NCBI GenBank assembly: GCA_025362325.1
Contig: JANYGO010000123.1
Location: forward strand, 10,229-74,228
DNA from: Cyanobacteriota bacterium
Lineage (GTDB): Bacteria > Cyanobacteriota > Cyanobacteriia > Cyanobacteriales > Microcoleaceae
Direction: 5' to 3'
Length of the DNA: 64,000 nt
Position 1 is the stretch's first letter, and each line of letters begins with the position of its first letter. Positions 20,105-31,016 of the stretch are shown one piece after another. The notes under the pieces are model-generated. The model saw only the letters and a list, made by a program, of their open reading frames with translations. It ran no database searches and was not told where the DNA came from. The position numbers and the translations under genes were made by a program.

Positions 20105-20207
20105 CTGAGTTTTGAGGACTGAAGTCCTTACTACAAACCTGGGATTTAGGTTCGTAGTGAGGACTTTAGTCCTTCTTGAATGCGGACTAAAGTCCGCACT
20201 ACGAACG
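20105..20207. repeat. REP-like palindromes (GTAGTGAGGACTTTAGTCC family)
   Basis: GTTCGTAGTGAGGACTTTAGTCC...GGACTAAAGTCCGCACTACGAAC; related copies at ~34205, 42894-43040 and ~47696. Confidence 0.8.
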
Positions 20208-20208
20208 G

Positions 20209-22653
20209 TTAGCTTCTTAGACTAACGCCGAATTTTTCGACTAGGATGTCGCGGACTTTTTGTTGGGCTGGTTCGACATCGGTTTCGCTGAGGGTTCGAT
20301 CGCCCGATCGATAAATCAACCGAAATGCTAAACTACGTTGTCCCGCCGGTACGTTGTCCCCCCGATACTCGTCGAACAATTCCACCGAATCGAGCAAGCT
20401 ACCAGCCGCCCGCTTCATCGCACTCTGCATCTCAACCACCGCCACCTCAACCGGTGCGAAAAATGCAATATCCCTGTCGGAAGCGGGGAAACTCGAATAA
20501 CCCGCGAATTTGCGAGTCGAATTGCTTGATCGCCCTAATTCATCCAACAGCACAGCTAAATCTAATTGAAACACATAAACCTGTTCCGGCAAACCCTTTT
20601 CCTGCTGCAATTGCGGGTGTAACTGTCCGAAGATTCCCAACGGTTTCCCGTTTAACGATAGGGCGGCTGTGCGGCCCGGATGCAGGCGCGGATTAGACGA
20701 ATCCCCCGCATATTCCACAGCCAAACCCAAGCCCTGAAACACGCTTTCCAAAACACCTTTAGCCTCAAACCAAGTCAAAGGTCGATCGCGCCCATTTTGC
20801 TGCCATTTCCACACAGTCGGGTCGCCGCCAATAATCCCCGCAACGGCATCTGCTTCTTTCTTCGCATCCCCATCTTTCCAAAAAATGCGTCCGACTTCAA
20901 AACCGTTAAGCGCGCCGTTTCCCTGCTCCAAATTGTACTGGAAAGCATCGATCAAACCCGACAGCATTTCAGTCCGCAAAGCCGAATACTCGACAAACAA
21001 CGGATTCGCCAGTACAACTTGATTATCTCCCTCGGTTTTCACTAAAGAATAGTGCATCAACTCCGTCAAACCTGCCGCCCGAAAAGCCGATCGCACATTC
21101 CGTATTTGCGCGTATTCTGGAGATAGATAACCCGGTTCTGTTTCGCTGGGCAAAGTATCGCAGAAATTGTCGTAACCGTGGAGTCTCGCGACTTCTTCAA
21201 TTAAGTCGATTTCCCTTTCTAAATCACGGTAGCGGTAAGCAGGGACAGTTATCGCAAAAACTCGTTCTTTTTCCGTCGCAGCAACTTCGCAGCCCAACGC
21301 TGTGAGGATATTTTTTACCTCTGCCGGTTCCAGATATGCAGAACCTCCGGTTTCTCCTCTTTTCAGTTGTCCTAACACAGAGTTTACTCGATCGAGACGC
21401 AATTCGAGCGATCGCGACCAACTCAAATCTTCCCCCGAACTCGCCGTTTTCTGCACCGTCGCAGCGCCTCCCGCCAACTGCAAAATTAGGGCAACAGCGC
21501 GATCGCACGCCGTCGTCAAGGCTGCCTGATTTACCCCCCGTTCGTAGCGGATCGATGCCTCGCTGCGGAGGCCTTGAGCGCGGGCCGAACGGCGAATCGT
21601 TGCCTGGTCAAAAATCGCTGCTTCCAAGACTAAATTTTGCGTTCCTTCGTGCACTTCCGTCTCTTCGCCGCCCATTACCCCAGCTAAAGCAACGGGTTTG
21701 TCGCTAGCAGTAATTAACAGGTTTTGAGGTTGCAAATTGCGGTTTTGTCCGTCCAATGTTTTGAAGGATTCCCCTGTTTTGGCAAAGCGCACACCGATGT
21801 TGATGTCAGAAGTGCCAGTGAAGGATTGCAGGCGATCGCGATCGAAAGCGTGCAGCGGTTGTCCCCATTCCAGTAAAATGTAATTAGTTACGTCAACCAC
21901 ATTACTAATCGGCCGCACTCCCGCCGCCTGCAACCGCTGCTGCAACCAAACTGGAGACGGCGCAATTTTCACTCCTGAAATTTCTGTACCGATGTAAATC
22001 GGGCAGCCTTGTAGTTCCGATATTTTTACTGCTAAACTCGAACTTTCTTTGCCTTCAATAACAACACCCTTCGCTTCAGGAATTCTCAAACTTGCGCCAG
22101 TTAGTGCCGCCACTTCCCGCGCTACGCCCACCATGCTCAAAGCATCTGCACGGTTAGCAGTTGCTGTCAAGTCTAAAATCACATCGTCTAAACCTAAAAG
22201 CGGGCGAATATCGCTGCCCAATTCGGGATTTTCTAGCTCAAAAATGTGAATCCCTGCTGACTCTTTAGATAATCCCAATTCAGCGAGAGAGCAAATCATT
22301 CCTTCGGAAGGAATGCCGCGCAATTTAGCAGGTTTAATCTTTAAATCAATTGTTGATAAAAAAGTGCCGACAACGGCGACGGGCACGTAAATATCTGCCC
22401 TGGCGTTGGGTGCGCCGCAAACAATATTCAAGGCTTCTGGTTTGCCGACATCAACTTGACAAACTCTCAATTTGTCGGCGTTGGGATGTTGTTCGCAGGC
22501 GATGATTTTGCCCAATACTACGCCGTCGGCCCACGGGCGGCGGTCTTCGATTTCTTCGACTTCAAATCCGGCCATTGTCAGGCTTTCGGCTAATTCTTCC
22601 GGGGATATGGCCACATCCACCAATTCCCGCAGCCAGTTTAGAGAAATACGCAT
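20209..22653 (-). CDS. pheT: Phenylalanine--tRNA ligase beta subunit
   Basis: [51 protein letters not shown]-terminal RDIAF..SLAFRL. Confidence 0.98.
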   Translation of the reverse strand: MRISLNWLRELVDVAISPEELAESLTMAGFEVEEIEDRRPWADGVVLGKIIACEQHPNADKLRVCQVDVGKPEALNIVCGAPNARADIYVPVAVVGTFLSTIDLKIKPAKLRGIPSEGMICSLAELGLSKESAGIHIFELENPELGSDIRPLLGLDDVILDLTATANRADALSMVGVAREVAALTGASLRIPEAKGVVIEGKESSSLAVKISELQGCPIYIGTEISGVKIAPSPVWLQQRLQAAGVRPISNVVDVTNYILLEWGQPLHAFDRDRLQSFTGTSDINIGVRFAKTGESFKTLDGQNRNLQPQNLLITASDKPVALAGVMGGEETEVHEGTQNLVLEAAIFDQATIRRSARAQGLRSEASIRYERGVNQAALTTACDRAVALILQLAGGAATVQKTASSGEDLSWSRSLELRLDRVNSVLGQLKRGETGGSAYLEPAEVKNILTALGCEVAATEKERVFAITVPAYRYRDLEREIDLIEEVARLHGYDNFCDTLPSETEPGYLSPEYAQIRNVRSAFRAAGLTELMHYSLVKTEGDNQVVLANPLFVEYSALRTEMLSGLIDAFQYNLEQGNGALNGFEVGRIFWKDGDAKKEADAVAGIIGGDPTVWKWQQNGRDRPLTWFEAKGVLESVFQGLGLAVEYAGDSSNPRLHPGRTAALSLNGKPLGIFGQLHPQLQQEKGLPEQVYVFQLDLAVLLDELGRSSNSTRKFAGYSSFPASDRDIAFFAPVEVAVVEMQSAMKRAAGSLLDSVELFDEYRGDNVPAGQRSLAFRLIYRSGDRTLSETDVEPAQQKVRDILVEKFGVSLRS

Positions 22654-23271
22654 AATTTTGTCAGTAGTTAGTTTTCAGTGCTCGGTAAGCTGTACTGCAT
22701 TTAAATTGTATATTTCAATGCCCTATTAAAACTCATCAAATCCTCTCTCCCCCTCTCCCCCTCTCCCCCTCTCTCCCCCTCATTAGTCTGCGCCGGCCGG
22801 CTTCGACTGTGCAGTCTCAGAATTTATTCCAGAAAGCTTTTCGTACCACATTAGTTTAATTTTGTCAAGACGATTGTGATACATATAAGCAAAAACGAGC
22901 GCTCGCCCTTTCGGTCGATGGCTGCTGGGGGATGAGTAACATTCTCAATCTGAGAATGAGGTATGCTAGAGGCATCTAACAGCGCAAAAAGCACCTAAGT
23001 TTAGAAAGACTTTACACAAAAAAGGGCAACTTTAGCAAGTCTTTAAACTATCTTCAAGGATAATCTACCGAAAAAACTCACAGCAGCGAGATAATCAAAA
23101 TAGGGAAAAGATATCGAGCTAAAAGACTTAGGTGCAATTCCAATTCGCACGCCGCAGCACGGCCCCCCAGCAACTGATAGATAAGTATTTCTAGCAGAAG
23201 CGGTCTAAGGGAATTTGTGCAGTCGAGCGATCGCTGGCAAGATCACAAAAACATAGGCAAACTCAATCAAC

Positions 23272-24906
23272 ATGAGCTACTGCGTAAATCCGGGCTGTCC
23301 CCATCCTCAAAATCCTCCTGACTCTATTCTCCAGTGTCAGACTTGCGGCGCGCGGCTATTGCTGCGCGCTCGCTACCAAGTCATTGAACCTTTAGGACAA
23401 GGAGGTTTTGGAGCTACATTTCTGGCAAAAGACATCTCTTTGCCCGGTCAACCTAGTTGCGTGGTCAAGCAACTGCGACCCAGTAGTTCGTCGCCGCGAG
23501 TTTTAGAAATGGCGCGGGAATTATTCAAGCGAGAGGCGAAAACCCTCGGCCAACTGGGCGACCACCCGCAAGTACCGAGGCTGCTAGACTATTTTGAAAC
23601 CGAACAGCAATTTTACTTAGTTCAAGAGTATGTAAAAGGCTCGACTTTGAAACAAGAAGTCAAGCAATCAGGGCGTTTTAATGAGTCGGACGTTAAAAAT
23701 TTTCTATTAGAAATTATGCCTGTCGTGCAATACATCCACAGCCAAGGAGTAATTCACAGAGACATTAAGCCAGCAAATATTATTCGCCGAGTTCAAGACA
23801 ATCACTTGGTTCTGATTGACTTCGGAGCGGTAAAAGACCAAGTTAGCCAAACAATATTATTAGACCCCGCTGACCAAAGCGCCAACACGAAATTTTCAGT
23901 CGGCACGTTTAGTTTTGCTCCCCCAGAACAAATGGCGCTGCGGCCGATATTTGCCAGCGACATCTATGCCTTGGGCATGACTTGCTTGTATTTGCTGACA
24001 GGAAAGTCTCCCAAGGATTTAGATTTTGATGCAGTAACCGGCGAAATTGTTTGGCAGCCCCACGTTCAGTTGAGTCCAAATTTTGGGCGGATTCTCGATA
24101 AAATGCTCAAGCCGATCGTCAGTCACCGCTTTCAATCGGCAGCAGATGTCGTCAAAGCTGTGAATGGCGAATTTGAAGACGCAGACCTTTGCGACGGCTT
24201 GGCAACTCAATTCAACGGCTTTAGTCATAAAGTTGAAGAACCGACGATATTTAACGGTGACGCTACTTCCTGGCCTTCGCCCCAGACTAACACGGGTCAA
24301 GATTTGCGATCGCCAAAGCAAAGCATTCGCGGTAAAACTTCCTTCACTCAATCGGGGAATACGGGAATGCAGCCCAGAGTTTCCCGGACTCTGGCTGAGT
24401 CTGGCAGAACTTTCGGAACAGCCGCATTTTCCAACGGCAATTTAGCAGCGACAAAGGTCACGAAAGCTGTTATTAAGTGGGACAGCAACAGTTTGCGAGC
24501 GGCATATTTTAAAGGAAAACGCGATTTTGCTGACTGTGAACTGTCGGGTTTGCAATTGCCAAAAGCGCAGTTGGCGGGGGGGAATTTTTATCAGGCTAGG
24601 TTGGTGAAGGCAAATTTGCAAGCAGCGGATTTGTCGGGGGCGAATCTCGGCCACGCGAGGTTAATTAAGGCGAATTTACGATCGGCAAATTTGACAGAAG
24701 CTTATTGCAGCACTGCTAATTTTGAAGGCGCGGATTTCCGAGGTGCTGACTTGACGGGCGCTTATTTGAGCAAGGCGAATTTGCGGGGCGCGAATTTGTG
24801 CGGCGCGAATCTGACTGACGCTACAGTTACCGAGGAACAACTCGCAAGTGCAAAGACAAATTGGCTGACTACTAAGCCGGATGGTAAGCGGGGTTTTGGA
24901 TTTTAA
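23272..24906 (+). CDS. Ser/Thr protein kinase with C-terminal pentapeptide repeats
   Basis: YCVNPGC zinc-ribbon start, LGQGGFG, HRDIKPAN, DFG, APPEQ; A(D/N)LxxA repeats at the C-terminus. Confidence 0.95.
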   Translation: MSYCVNPGCPHPQNPPDSILQCQTCGARLLLRARYQVIEPLGQGGFGATFLAKDISLPGQPSCVVKQLRPSSSSPRVLEMARELFKREAKTLGQLGDHPQVPRLLDYFETEQQFYLVQEYVKGSTLKQEVKQSGRFNESDVKNFLLEIMPVVQYIHSQGVIHRDIKPANIIRRVQDNHLVLIDFGAVKDQVSQTILLDPADQSANTKFSVGTFSFAPPEQMALRPIFASDIYALGMTCLYLLTGKSPKDLDFDAVTGEIVWQPHVQLSPNFGRILDKMLKPIVSHRFQSAADVVKAVNGEFEDADLCDGLATQFNGFSHKVEEPTIFNGDATSWPSPQTNTGQDLRSPKQSIRGKTSFTQSGNTGMQPRVSRTLAESGRTFGTAAFSNGNLAATKVTKAVIKWDSNSLRAAYFKGKRDFADCELSGLQLPKAQLAGGNFYQARLVKANLQAADLSGANLGHARLIKANLRSANLTEAYCSTANFEGADFRGADLTGAYLSKANLRGANLCGANLTDATVTEEQLASAKTNWLTTKPDGKRGFGF

Positions 24907-25025
24907 TTCGTCATTAGTCATCAGTCATTGGTCATTAGTCAGTAGTTAGTAGTCATTAGTTAGTGGGTAGCTGCTACGAATAACAACAGTCAACAGTCAA
25001 CAGTCAACAGTCAACAGTCAACTTC
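24905..25025. repeat. STRR heptamer tracts
   Basis: (GTCATTA/G)n and (CAACAGT)n. Confidence 0.8.
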
Positions 25026-25098
25026 TCCCTCCCCCAGTCAGGTGATTCCTCAGGAGGAAGTTCGATCACCCCTCATCCGCCTAAATTAAAAAATAGCA

Positions 25099-28000
25099 AT
25101 GGAGGATTCGATCGCACAAACAATGAAACTGCTCAACCGCCACACTCGACCTCTTCTGCACGCCGGCATCCTGGCCCTGGCCTACTTTGTTACCGGAAAA
25201 CTTGCAGCGTCGATCCTGGGACTGGTGAAAGCCGAAGCCTCCCCGGTGTGGCCGCCCGCCGGCATTGCTCTGGCGGCCATGCTGCTGCAAGGGCGGCGGG
25301 TGTGGCCCTTCATAGCCCTCGGTTCCGTGCTGTTAAACTCTACCGCCGGTATACCCTCGGCCGTCATTGTCACATCCGCCTTTAGCGTCACCCTGCAAGC
25401 GCTGACTGGGGAGGCTGCGCTCAGTCGGAGCGGATTTTCTACTAAGCTCGATCGACTGCGAGATGTTCTGGGTTTGGTGGTGGGCGCTGCGATCGGGTCT
25501 ACTTTCCTCGGTTCTACCCTCGGCAACTTGGGCGCGTGCATTTTTGGTTGGGCTCCGTGGAGCAATTTCTCTCGTAACTGGTGGACTGCGTGGCTCGGAG
25601 ACGGCATGGGAATCTTGATTGTGACCCCAGTCCTGCTGACTTTGAACCACGCCGTTGAAAGTTGTAAATTTGCCAGAAAACTTAAACTTAAACCCCGGAT
25701 TGTTTCAACTTTAAGCGCCGTTTTTAACTGGGAAAAATACCAATTACCAATTGCCAATTACCAATTATCAAATACTAATTGGCGGCGCACATCTAATCTG
25801 CGATTTTTAATTTCTAATTATTTAGAAATAGCGCTCTGGCTGACTCTCTTCCTCAGCGTTAGCTGGCTGGTTTTTTGCTCGAAAATACAGGCGGCGAGCG
25901 CTCTGTATCCGCTGGAGTATTTGCCTTTTCCTCTGATAGTTTGGGCCGCCCTGCGGTTTCGCCAACCAGGAGCGATTTTTGCTTATTCGATCGTCTCTTG
26001 TATCGCGATTTGGGGAACGGTGCAGGGCGGCGGCCCGTTTTTGGCTAAAAGCGATACTCTCAAACAGGCGGTTTTATTTTTACAAGCTTTTATCGGTACG
26101 ATCGCCCTTGTAGCCCTGATGTTGGCTGCTGCTGTCGCTGAACGCGAGCAAGCCTTGGTGGAGGTGCACCGCACGGCCGCTCTGTTGCGCGACGCTCACG
26201 CTAGTTTAGCCAACGCTCAGCGCATCGCACTTTTGGGCAATTGGGATTTAAATTGCGTCGCCGTCAAGCCTCCTGAAAACTGTGGAGCATCCCCAGAACA
26301 CCCTACAGCCAATATCGAATTGCGGTGGTCGGATGAACTTTACCGCCTCTTGGGTTTGACTCCAGGAACTGTCAAACCGACACCATCCGTTTTTTTGCAG
26401 GCGGTACATCCAGACGATCGAGAATTGGTGGCGCGATCGCAATGTCAAGCGATGTTCGATCGCCAACCCTATTGCATTAACTACCGAATTGTGATCGCCG
26501 ACGGCTCCCTGCGAACAGTCTGCGAACAGTCGGCAATTAACTCTAACGTCATCGCCGCCACAGTCCAAGACGTTACCGAGCGCCACCGCGCGGAAGCTGC
26601 TTTGCGGGTGTCCTCCGATCGCGATCGTCTGCTCTCAGAAATGGCCCTGCGCATTCGCCAATCCCTCGACCTCGAAGCAATTCTCAATACTACTGTTGCC
26701 GAAGTCCGGCAATTTTTCAAGGCAGACCGCGCTTTCATCGGTATTATGGACGCGGGCGGGGCAAATCTTCCTAGCCCGGTGTACGGTAAAATTGTAGCTG
26801 AGTCTGTCGGTTCCCAATGCCGTTCTATTCTGGGGTTGGTGCTCGATGACGAGAATCACGTCGCAGACTTGAGAACTTTTTATGCCCACAACCGCGTCCG
26901 AGCTGTCTGCGATACTGCTGCGGTGCAACTGTGCGATACAGTTGCCAAATACTACCAGGACTTTCAAATTCGCGCGACTTTAAATGTGCCGATCGTCCTG
27001 GGGGATGAATTGTTCGGGATCTTGGCCGTCAACCATTGCTTCGAGCCCCGCCAGTGGCAAGAATTTGAAATTGATTTGTTAGAAAAACTCGCTACCCAAG
27101 TCGCGATCGCCCTCCAACAAGCTCAACTTTTGCAGCAGGTAAAAGAGCTGAATGCTAACTTAGAATCTCAAGTGGAGGAACGCACTCGCCAACTACAGCA
27201 AAAAATGCACGAACTGCAAGAAAGCAACCGCCTCAAAGATTTATTTTTGCACGCAGTTTCTCACAACCTCCGCACTCCCGTGATGGGAATGTTAATCCTG
27301 CTGAAAAATTTGCTCAACAAATCTCCCTGTGAATCGCTAAACGATGTTCCAGTTTCTCGATCGATTTTGCAGCGGATCGTTCAGGCCAGCGAACACCAGT
27401 TGACTATGGTTAATTCCTTGCTCGACGCTCACGCTAGCGAGGTTGAAGGTATTATTCTCAATACTGTACCGCTGCACTTGCAGTCTTTGACTTCCCGAAT
27501 TGTTGCCGATTTAGAGCCGATGTTGGCAAAGAATCAAGCAACTTTGACGTTTGAAATACCGACAGATTTGCCACAAGTCCATGCCGACAGCAAACACTTG
27601 CAGCGGGTGCTACAAAATCTGCTGACTAATGCGATCAAACACAATCATCCGGGAGTTAATATAACTTTTAAAGCCGAGGTAATTGAAGTTGAAAAAACAC
27701 TGATCCCTCAAGGAAATTCACAGATTTTAACATCTCTAAATAATCCCCTCGCCCGCTGTATCGCTAACCTCGCCTCTGCTGCGGGCGATCGTCCTGAAAT
27801 GCTCGATACCCAGAAAAAGCAAGAAATCCGCGCCAAGTTTCACCTCGACGGCAGTTGCCAACTGTCCCGCTATCAGGGTCAAATTAGCAATATCGGCGCC
27901 AAATTGCCCAGAGTCACCGTAAAAATGGTTCGCTGTACTGTAACAGATAATGGAGTAGGAATCAGCGCCAAACAGCAAGAATCTCTGTTTGAACTTTACG

Positions 28001-28155
28001 TTCAAGACCCCAATAGCCGACAATTAACAGGGCTGGGTTTGGGACTGTACCTCTCCAGGCAAATTATCAAAGCTCATGGTGGCGAAATCGGTGTCGAAAG
28101 CACTCCCCGAGGCGGCTCGACTTTCTGGTTTTCGCTACCTGCTGTCAACATTTAG
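25099..28155 (+). CDS. MASE1-PAS-GAF sensor histidine kinase
   Basis: WPPAGIALA and WW..WLGDGMG (MASE1); VHPDDRE (PAS); LQQAQL (GAF end); SHNLRTP H-box; DNGVGI and GLGLGL boxes. Confidence 0.9.
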   Translation: MEDSIAQTMKLLNRHTRPLLHAGILALAYFVTGKLAASILGLVKAEASPVWPPAGIALAAMLLQGRRVWPFIALGSVLLNSTAGIPSAVIVTSAFSVTLQALTGEAALSRSGFSTKLDRLRDVLGLVVGAAIGSTFLGSTLGNLGACIFGWAPWSNFSRNWWTAWLGDGMGILIVTPVLLTLNHAVESCKFARKLKLKPRIVSTLSAVFNWEKYQLPIANYQLSNTNWRRTSNLRFLISNYLEIALWLTLFLSVSWLVFCSKIQAASALYPLEYLPFPLIVWAALRFRQPGAIFAYSIVSCIAIWGTVQGGGPFLAKSDTLKQAVLFLQAFIGTIALVALMLAAAVAEREQALVEVHRTAALLRDAHASLANAQRIALLGNWDLNCVAVKPPENCGASPEHPTANIELRWSDELYRLLGLTPGTVKPTPSVFLQAVHPDDRELVARSQCQAMFDRQPYCINYRIVIADGSLRTVCEQSAINSNVIAATVQDVTERHRAEAALRVSSDRDRLLSEMALRIRQSLDLEAILNTTVAEVRQFFKADRAFIGIMDAGGANLPSPVYGKIVAESVGSQCRSILGLVLDDENHVADLRTFYAHNRVRAVCDTAAVQLCDTVAKYYQDFQIRATLNVPIVLGDELFGILAVNHCFEPRQWQEFEIDLLEKLATQVAIALQQAQLLQQVKELNANLESQVEERTRQLQQKMHELQESNRLKDLFLHAVSHNLRTPVMGMLILLKNLLNKSPCESLNDVPVSRSILQRIVQASEHQLTMVNSLLDAHASEVEGIILNTVPLHLQSLTSRIVADLEPMLAKNQATLTFEIPTDLPQVHADSKHLQRVLQNLLTNAIKHNHPGVNITFKAEVIEVEKTLIPQGNSQILTSLNNPLARCIANLASAAGDRPEMLDTQKKQEIRAKFHLDGSCQLSRYQGQISNIGAKLPRVTVKMVRCTVTDNGVGISAKQQESLFELYVQDPNSRQLTGLGLGLYLSRQIIKAHGGEIGVESTPRGGSTFWFSLPAVNI

Positions 28156-28191
28156 GGGTAAGGTGCGCACTGCGCAGCCAAAGAGTCAGTT

Positions 28192-29979
28192 ATGAATTAT
28201 CCTGGCCATAAAAAATCAATTGAGGAATTAACGGTTTATGAGGTGTGGCGCGATCGCTTCCTGCGAGATAGGCTGCGCCCTGCTGTGCGAATTGCGATCT
28301 TTTTTGCCTTCACAATCATTGTCTATCTTCTGGGCGAAGCAGTTTTCGCTCCCCGGGAGTTTAAAATTATTTATTTATACACTAGCGCTGCTGTAGAATT
28401 GGGTTTACTGACCTGTTTGGTATTACAAAAAACTGCGATCGGACAGCGCTATCCCGGTTTGCTATTTTTGGGTTTTTCCTGGTCGCTAACTGTCGTTGTA
28501 CAAATTGGGTTAGCCGCCGCAAAAATCGGGGACTTACCACTTTTAACCTGGAGTTTAGCGTTTCTCACCCAAGCGACGCTGATGCCCGTCCGCTGGCGGC
28601 TCCACCTAATTTCTCAACTCGGCGTTTTGTTCTGCCACGTCGGCATAAATTTAATTTTAAATCTGAGTTTTGCTAAGTATACTGCTTTTAGGCTGAGCGG
28701 GTTTTATTTATATTTATTTTGGTTTTGTTTGATCTGCGATTTATCGGTTTATTGGTACGAATGCTTACAACGGACAGAGTTTAGTACCAGGCGCGAGTTG
28801 GAATCTGCTTACCAACAATTGGAGGCGGCGGAGGCGAAGTACCGCAGCATTTTTGAGAATGCCGGCGAGGGTATTTTTCAAAGCTCTCCCAACGGTCGCT
28901 ATATTACGGCAAATCCAGCTTTGGCGCGGATTTACGGCTGCGATTCCCCGGAAGAAGTGACGGCAAAGTTTACTGATATCGAGCGGCAGTTGTATGTCGA
29001 TCCGGTTCGCAGAAATGAGTTTTTGCGATCGATCGAGGAAAGCAACACAGTATCGGATTTTGAGTCACAAATTTACCGCTCAGACGGCAGTATTGTCTGG
29101 ATTTCCGAAAAAGCACGGGCGGTACGAGATAGCAGCGGTTCCGTGCTTTATTATGAGGGTTTAATTCAGGATATCACGCAGCGCAAACAGGCACAAGAAT
29201 CGCAGCGGCTGTTTATTCACGCTCTTTCTCACGACTTGCGCAACCCCGTGGCGGGAATGTTAATGGTGCTGAAAAATTGGCAGACGAAAACCGGGGAATC
29301 CATCGCAATTCCCCGTTCTATTTTGGTGCGGATGATTCAAGGTAGCGAGCAGCAATTGCGGTTGATCAATTCGCTGCTGGAAGTTCACGCCGGGGAATTG
29401 CGCGGTTTGATCCTGCACTGCGATCGGGTTGATTTGAGGGCAGTAGTTGAAGCTGCGGCGGCAGATTTGGAGCCTTTAATGAATGAGGCTCAAGCTACTT
29501 TTACAAATTTGTTGACCGAGGATTTGCCAGCCGTGAATGCTGATACTACTCAGTTGTGGCGAGTGTTTTCTAATTTGATTTCTAATGCTTTAAAATACAA
29601 TTTGCCCGGACTGAATTTAACAGTTTCAGCGCAAGTAATAAATGCAGAAAAATTAATTATAAGTCAAAGCAAAGCGAAACAAAATATAGAGCAATTACAA
29701 ATTATCAATTACCAATTCCCCATTACCGATTCCCCAACTAGCATGATTTGCTGTACGGTTGAAGATGACGGGGTGGGAATATTGCCGGAACAGTGCGAAC
29801 ATCTTTTTGACCTTTATGTTAGGGGTAATCAATCCCGACACTCCGTAGGTTTGGGTTTGGGTCTATATCTTTGTCGGCAAATTATTGAGGCTCACGGCGG
29901 GGAAATAGGGGTAATTAGCAGTCCCGGTGCTGGGGCAATTTTTTGGTTTACTTTGCCCCTAGCTGAAAATTATCGGTAA
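28192..29979 (+). CDS. Membrane-bound PAS sensor histidine kinase
   Basis: Multi-TM N-terminus; YRSIFENAGEGIFQ..ANPALARIYG PAS; SHDLRNP H-box; DDGVGI and GLGLGL boxes. Confidence 0.92.
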   Translation: MNYPGHKKSIEELTVYEVWRDRFLRDRLRPAVRIAIFFAFTIIVYLLGEAVFAPREFKIIYLYTSAAVELGLLTCLVLQKTAIGQRYPGLLFLGFSWSLTVVVQIGLAAAKIGDLPLLTWSLAFLTQATLMPVRWRLHLISQLGVLFCHVGINLILNLSFAKYTAFRLSGFYLYLFWFCLICDLSVYWYECLQRTEFSTRRELESAYQQLEAAEAKYRSIFENAGEGIFQSSPNGRYITANPALARIYGCDSPEEVTAKFTDIERQLYVDPVRRNEFLRSIEESNTVSDFESQIYRSDGSIVWISEKARAVRDSSGSVLYYEGLIQDITQRKQAQESQRLFIHALSHDLRNPVAGMLMVLKNWQTKTGESIAIPRSILVRMIQGSEQQLRLINSLLEVHAGELRGLILHCDRVDLRAVVEAAAADLEPLMNEAQATFTNLLTEDLPAVNADTTQLWRVFSNLISNALKYNLPGLNLTVSAQVINAEKLIISQSKAKQNIEQLQIINYQFPITDSPTSMICCTVEDDGVGILPEQCEHLFDLYVRGNQSRHSVGLGLGLYLCRQIIEAHGGEIGVISSPGAGAIFWFTLPLAENYR

Positions 29980-30205
29980 ATTTTTTGTATGCTTAACTAC
30001 ATTTGATAATTGGGTTTTACCGTAGCAGCTGGGCTCCGTGCGGGTGCAGGAAAATTAGTCGATAGAACTATTGATTTTAATTTAAAAAAGTGGTATATTC
30101 ACTTAAATATTTTACCGAAAAACTTTTTTTCCTACATTCAGATTTTCTTTATAAACAGCATTTAATCTAGAAAATATCTAAAACTAAATAAAATATCGAT
30201 AATTT

Positions 30206-30694
30206 ATGTTTGTCCACAAAAGCTCAGAAAATACAGCTAAAGACGATGCAGCTAAGTACGACTCAGCTAAATATAACGAGCGGTCGTTCTCAACTTTAAT
30301 CCGGGCGCTACGTCTTTCCCAAGGTTACTTTTCTTTCGTTTTAGTCCATTGCAACTCGCTGGCTTTGCGGCAGGAAATACTCGATCGACTCCAAGCAACT
30401 GGCGCCCAGAAACCGCAGCCACTGTTTTTGCCAAAATCGGCGACAACTGTCTACACCACAATCGCAGCATTCGTAGACGGCGAACAGCCTCCAGCGTTAA
30501 TGATCCTCGGTTTGGAGTCAGTGGAGTCGATCAATCGACTCCTGGTTTCTACCAACCTACTGTGTAGCGAATTCAGCAATAAATTCTCCTTTCCCGTCGT
30601 CTTTTGGGTAACAGATGAACTTCTGAGAAAAATCATCCGCACCGCCCCAGACTTATATAATCGCATGACGACAATTAGATTCATCAGTGATTAG
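30206..30694 (+). CDS. Stand-alone (probably truncated) N-terminal domain of the type found on cyanobacterial STAND/TPR/WD40 proteins
   Basis: LIRALRLSQGYFSFVLVHCN, PALMILGLES, FPVVFWVTDELL..APDLY; stop codon abuts a repeat tract. Confidence 0.55.
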   Translation: MFVHKSSENTAKDDAAKYDSAKYNERSFSTLIRALRLSQGYFSFVLVHCNSLALRQEILDRLQATGAQKPQPLFLPKSATTVYTTIAAFVDGEQPPALMILGLESVESINRLLVSTNLLCSEFSNKFSFPVVFWVTDELLRKIIRTAPDLYNRMTTIRFISD

Positions 30695-31015
30695 TCATGG
30701 GCCAAACAGGGCATTGGCCAAACAGGTCATGGGCCAAACAGGGCATTGGGCATGGGCCAAACAGGGCATTGGGCATGGGCCAAACAGGGCATTAGTCATT
30801 GGTCATTAGTCATTGGTCATTGGTCATTGGTCATTGGTCATCAGTCAACTGCGACCGAGGGTGAGCACGTTCTTAATTGCTGAAACCCTTAATTTTCTTT
30901 CTTCTTCCTTCTTCCCTCTTCCTTCTTCCTGATGACTACTGACTAATGACTACTGACCAATGACCAATGACCAATGACTACTGACTACTGACTACTGACT
31001 ACTGACTAATGACTT
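30695..31015. repeat. Composite tandem-repeat tract
   Basis: (GGCCAAACAGGGCATT..) x5, (GTCATTG)n, purine/pyrimidine tract, (TGACTAC/TGACCAA)n. Confidence 0.85.
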
Positions 31016-31016
31016 A

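Noticed and set aside
30697-30790. Short repeated units as a mini-CRISPR
   Set aside because: Units are adjacent or separated only by heptamer variants, consistent with STRR slippage.
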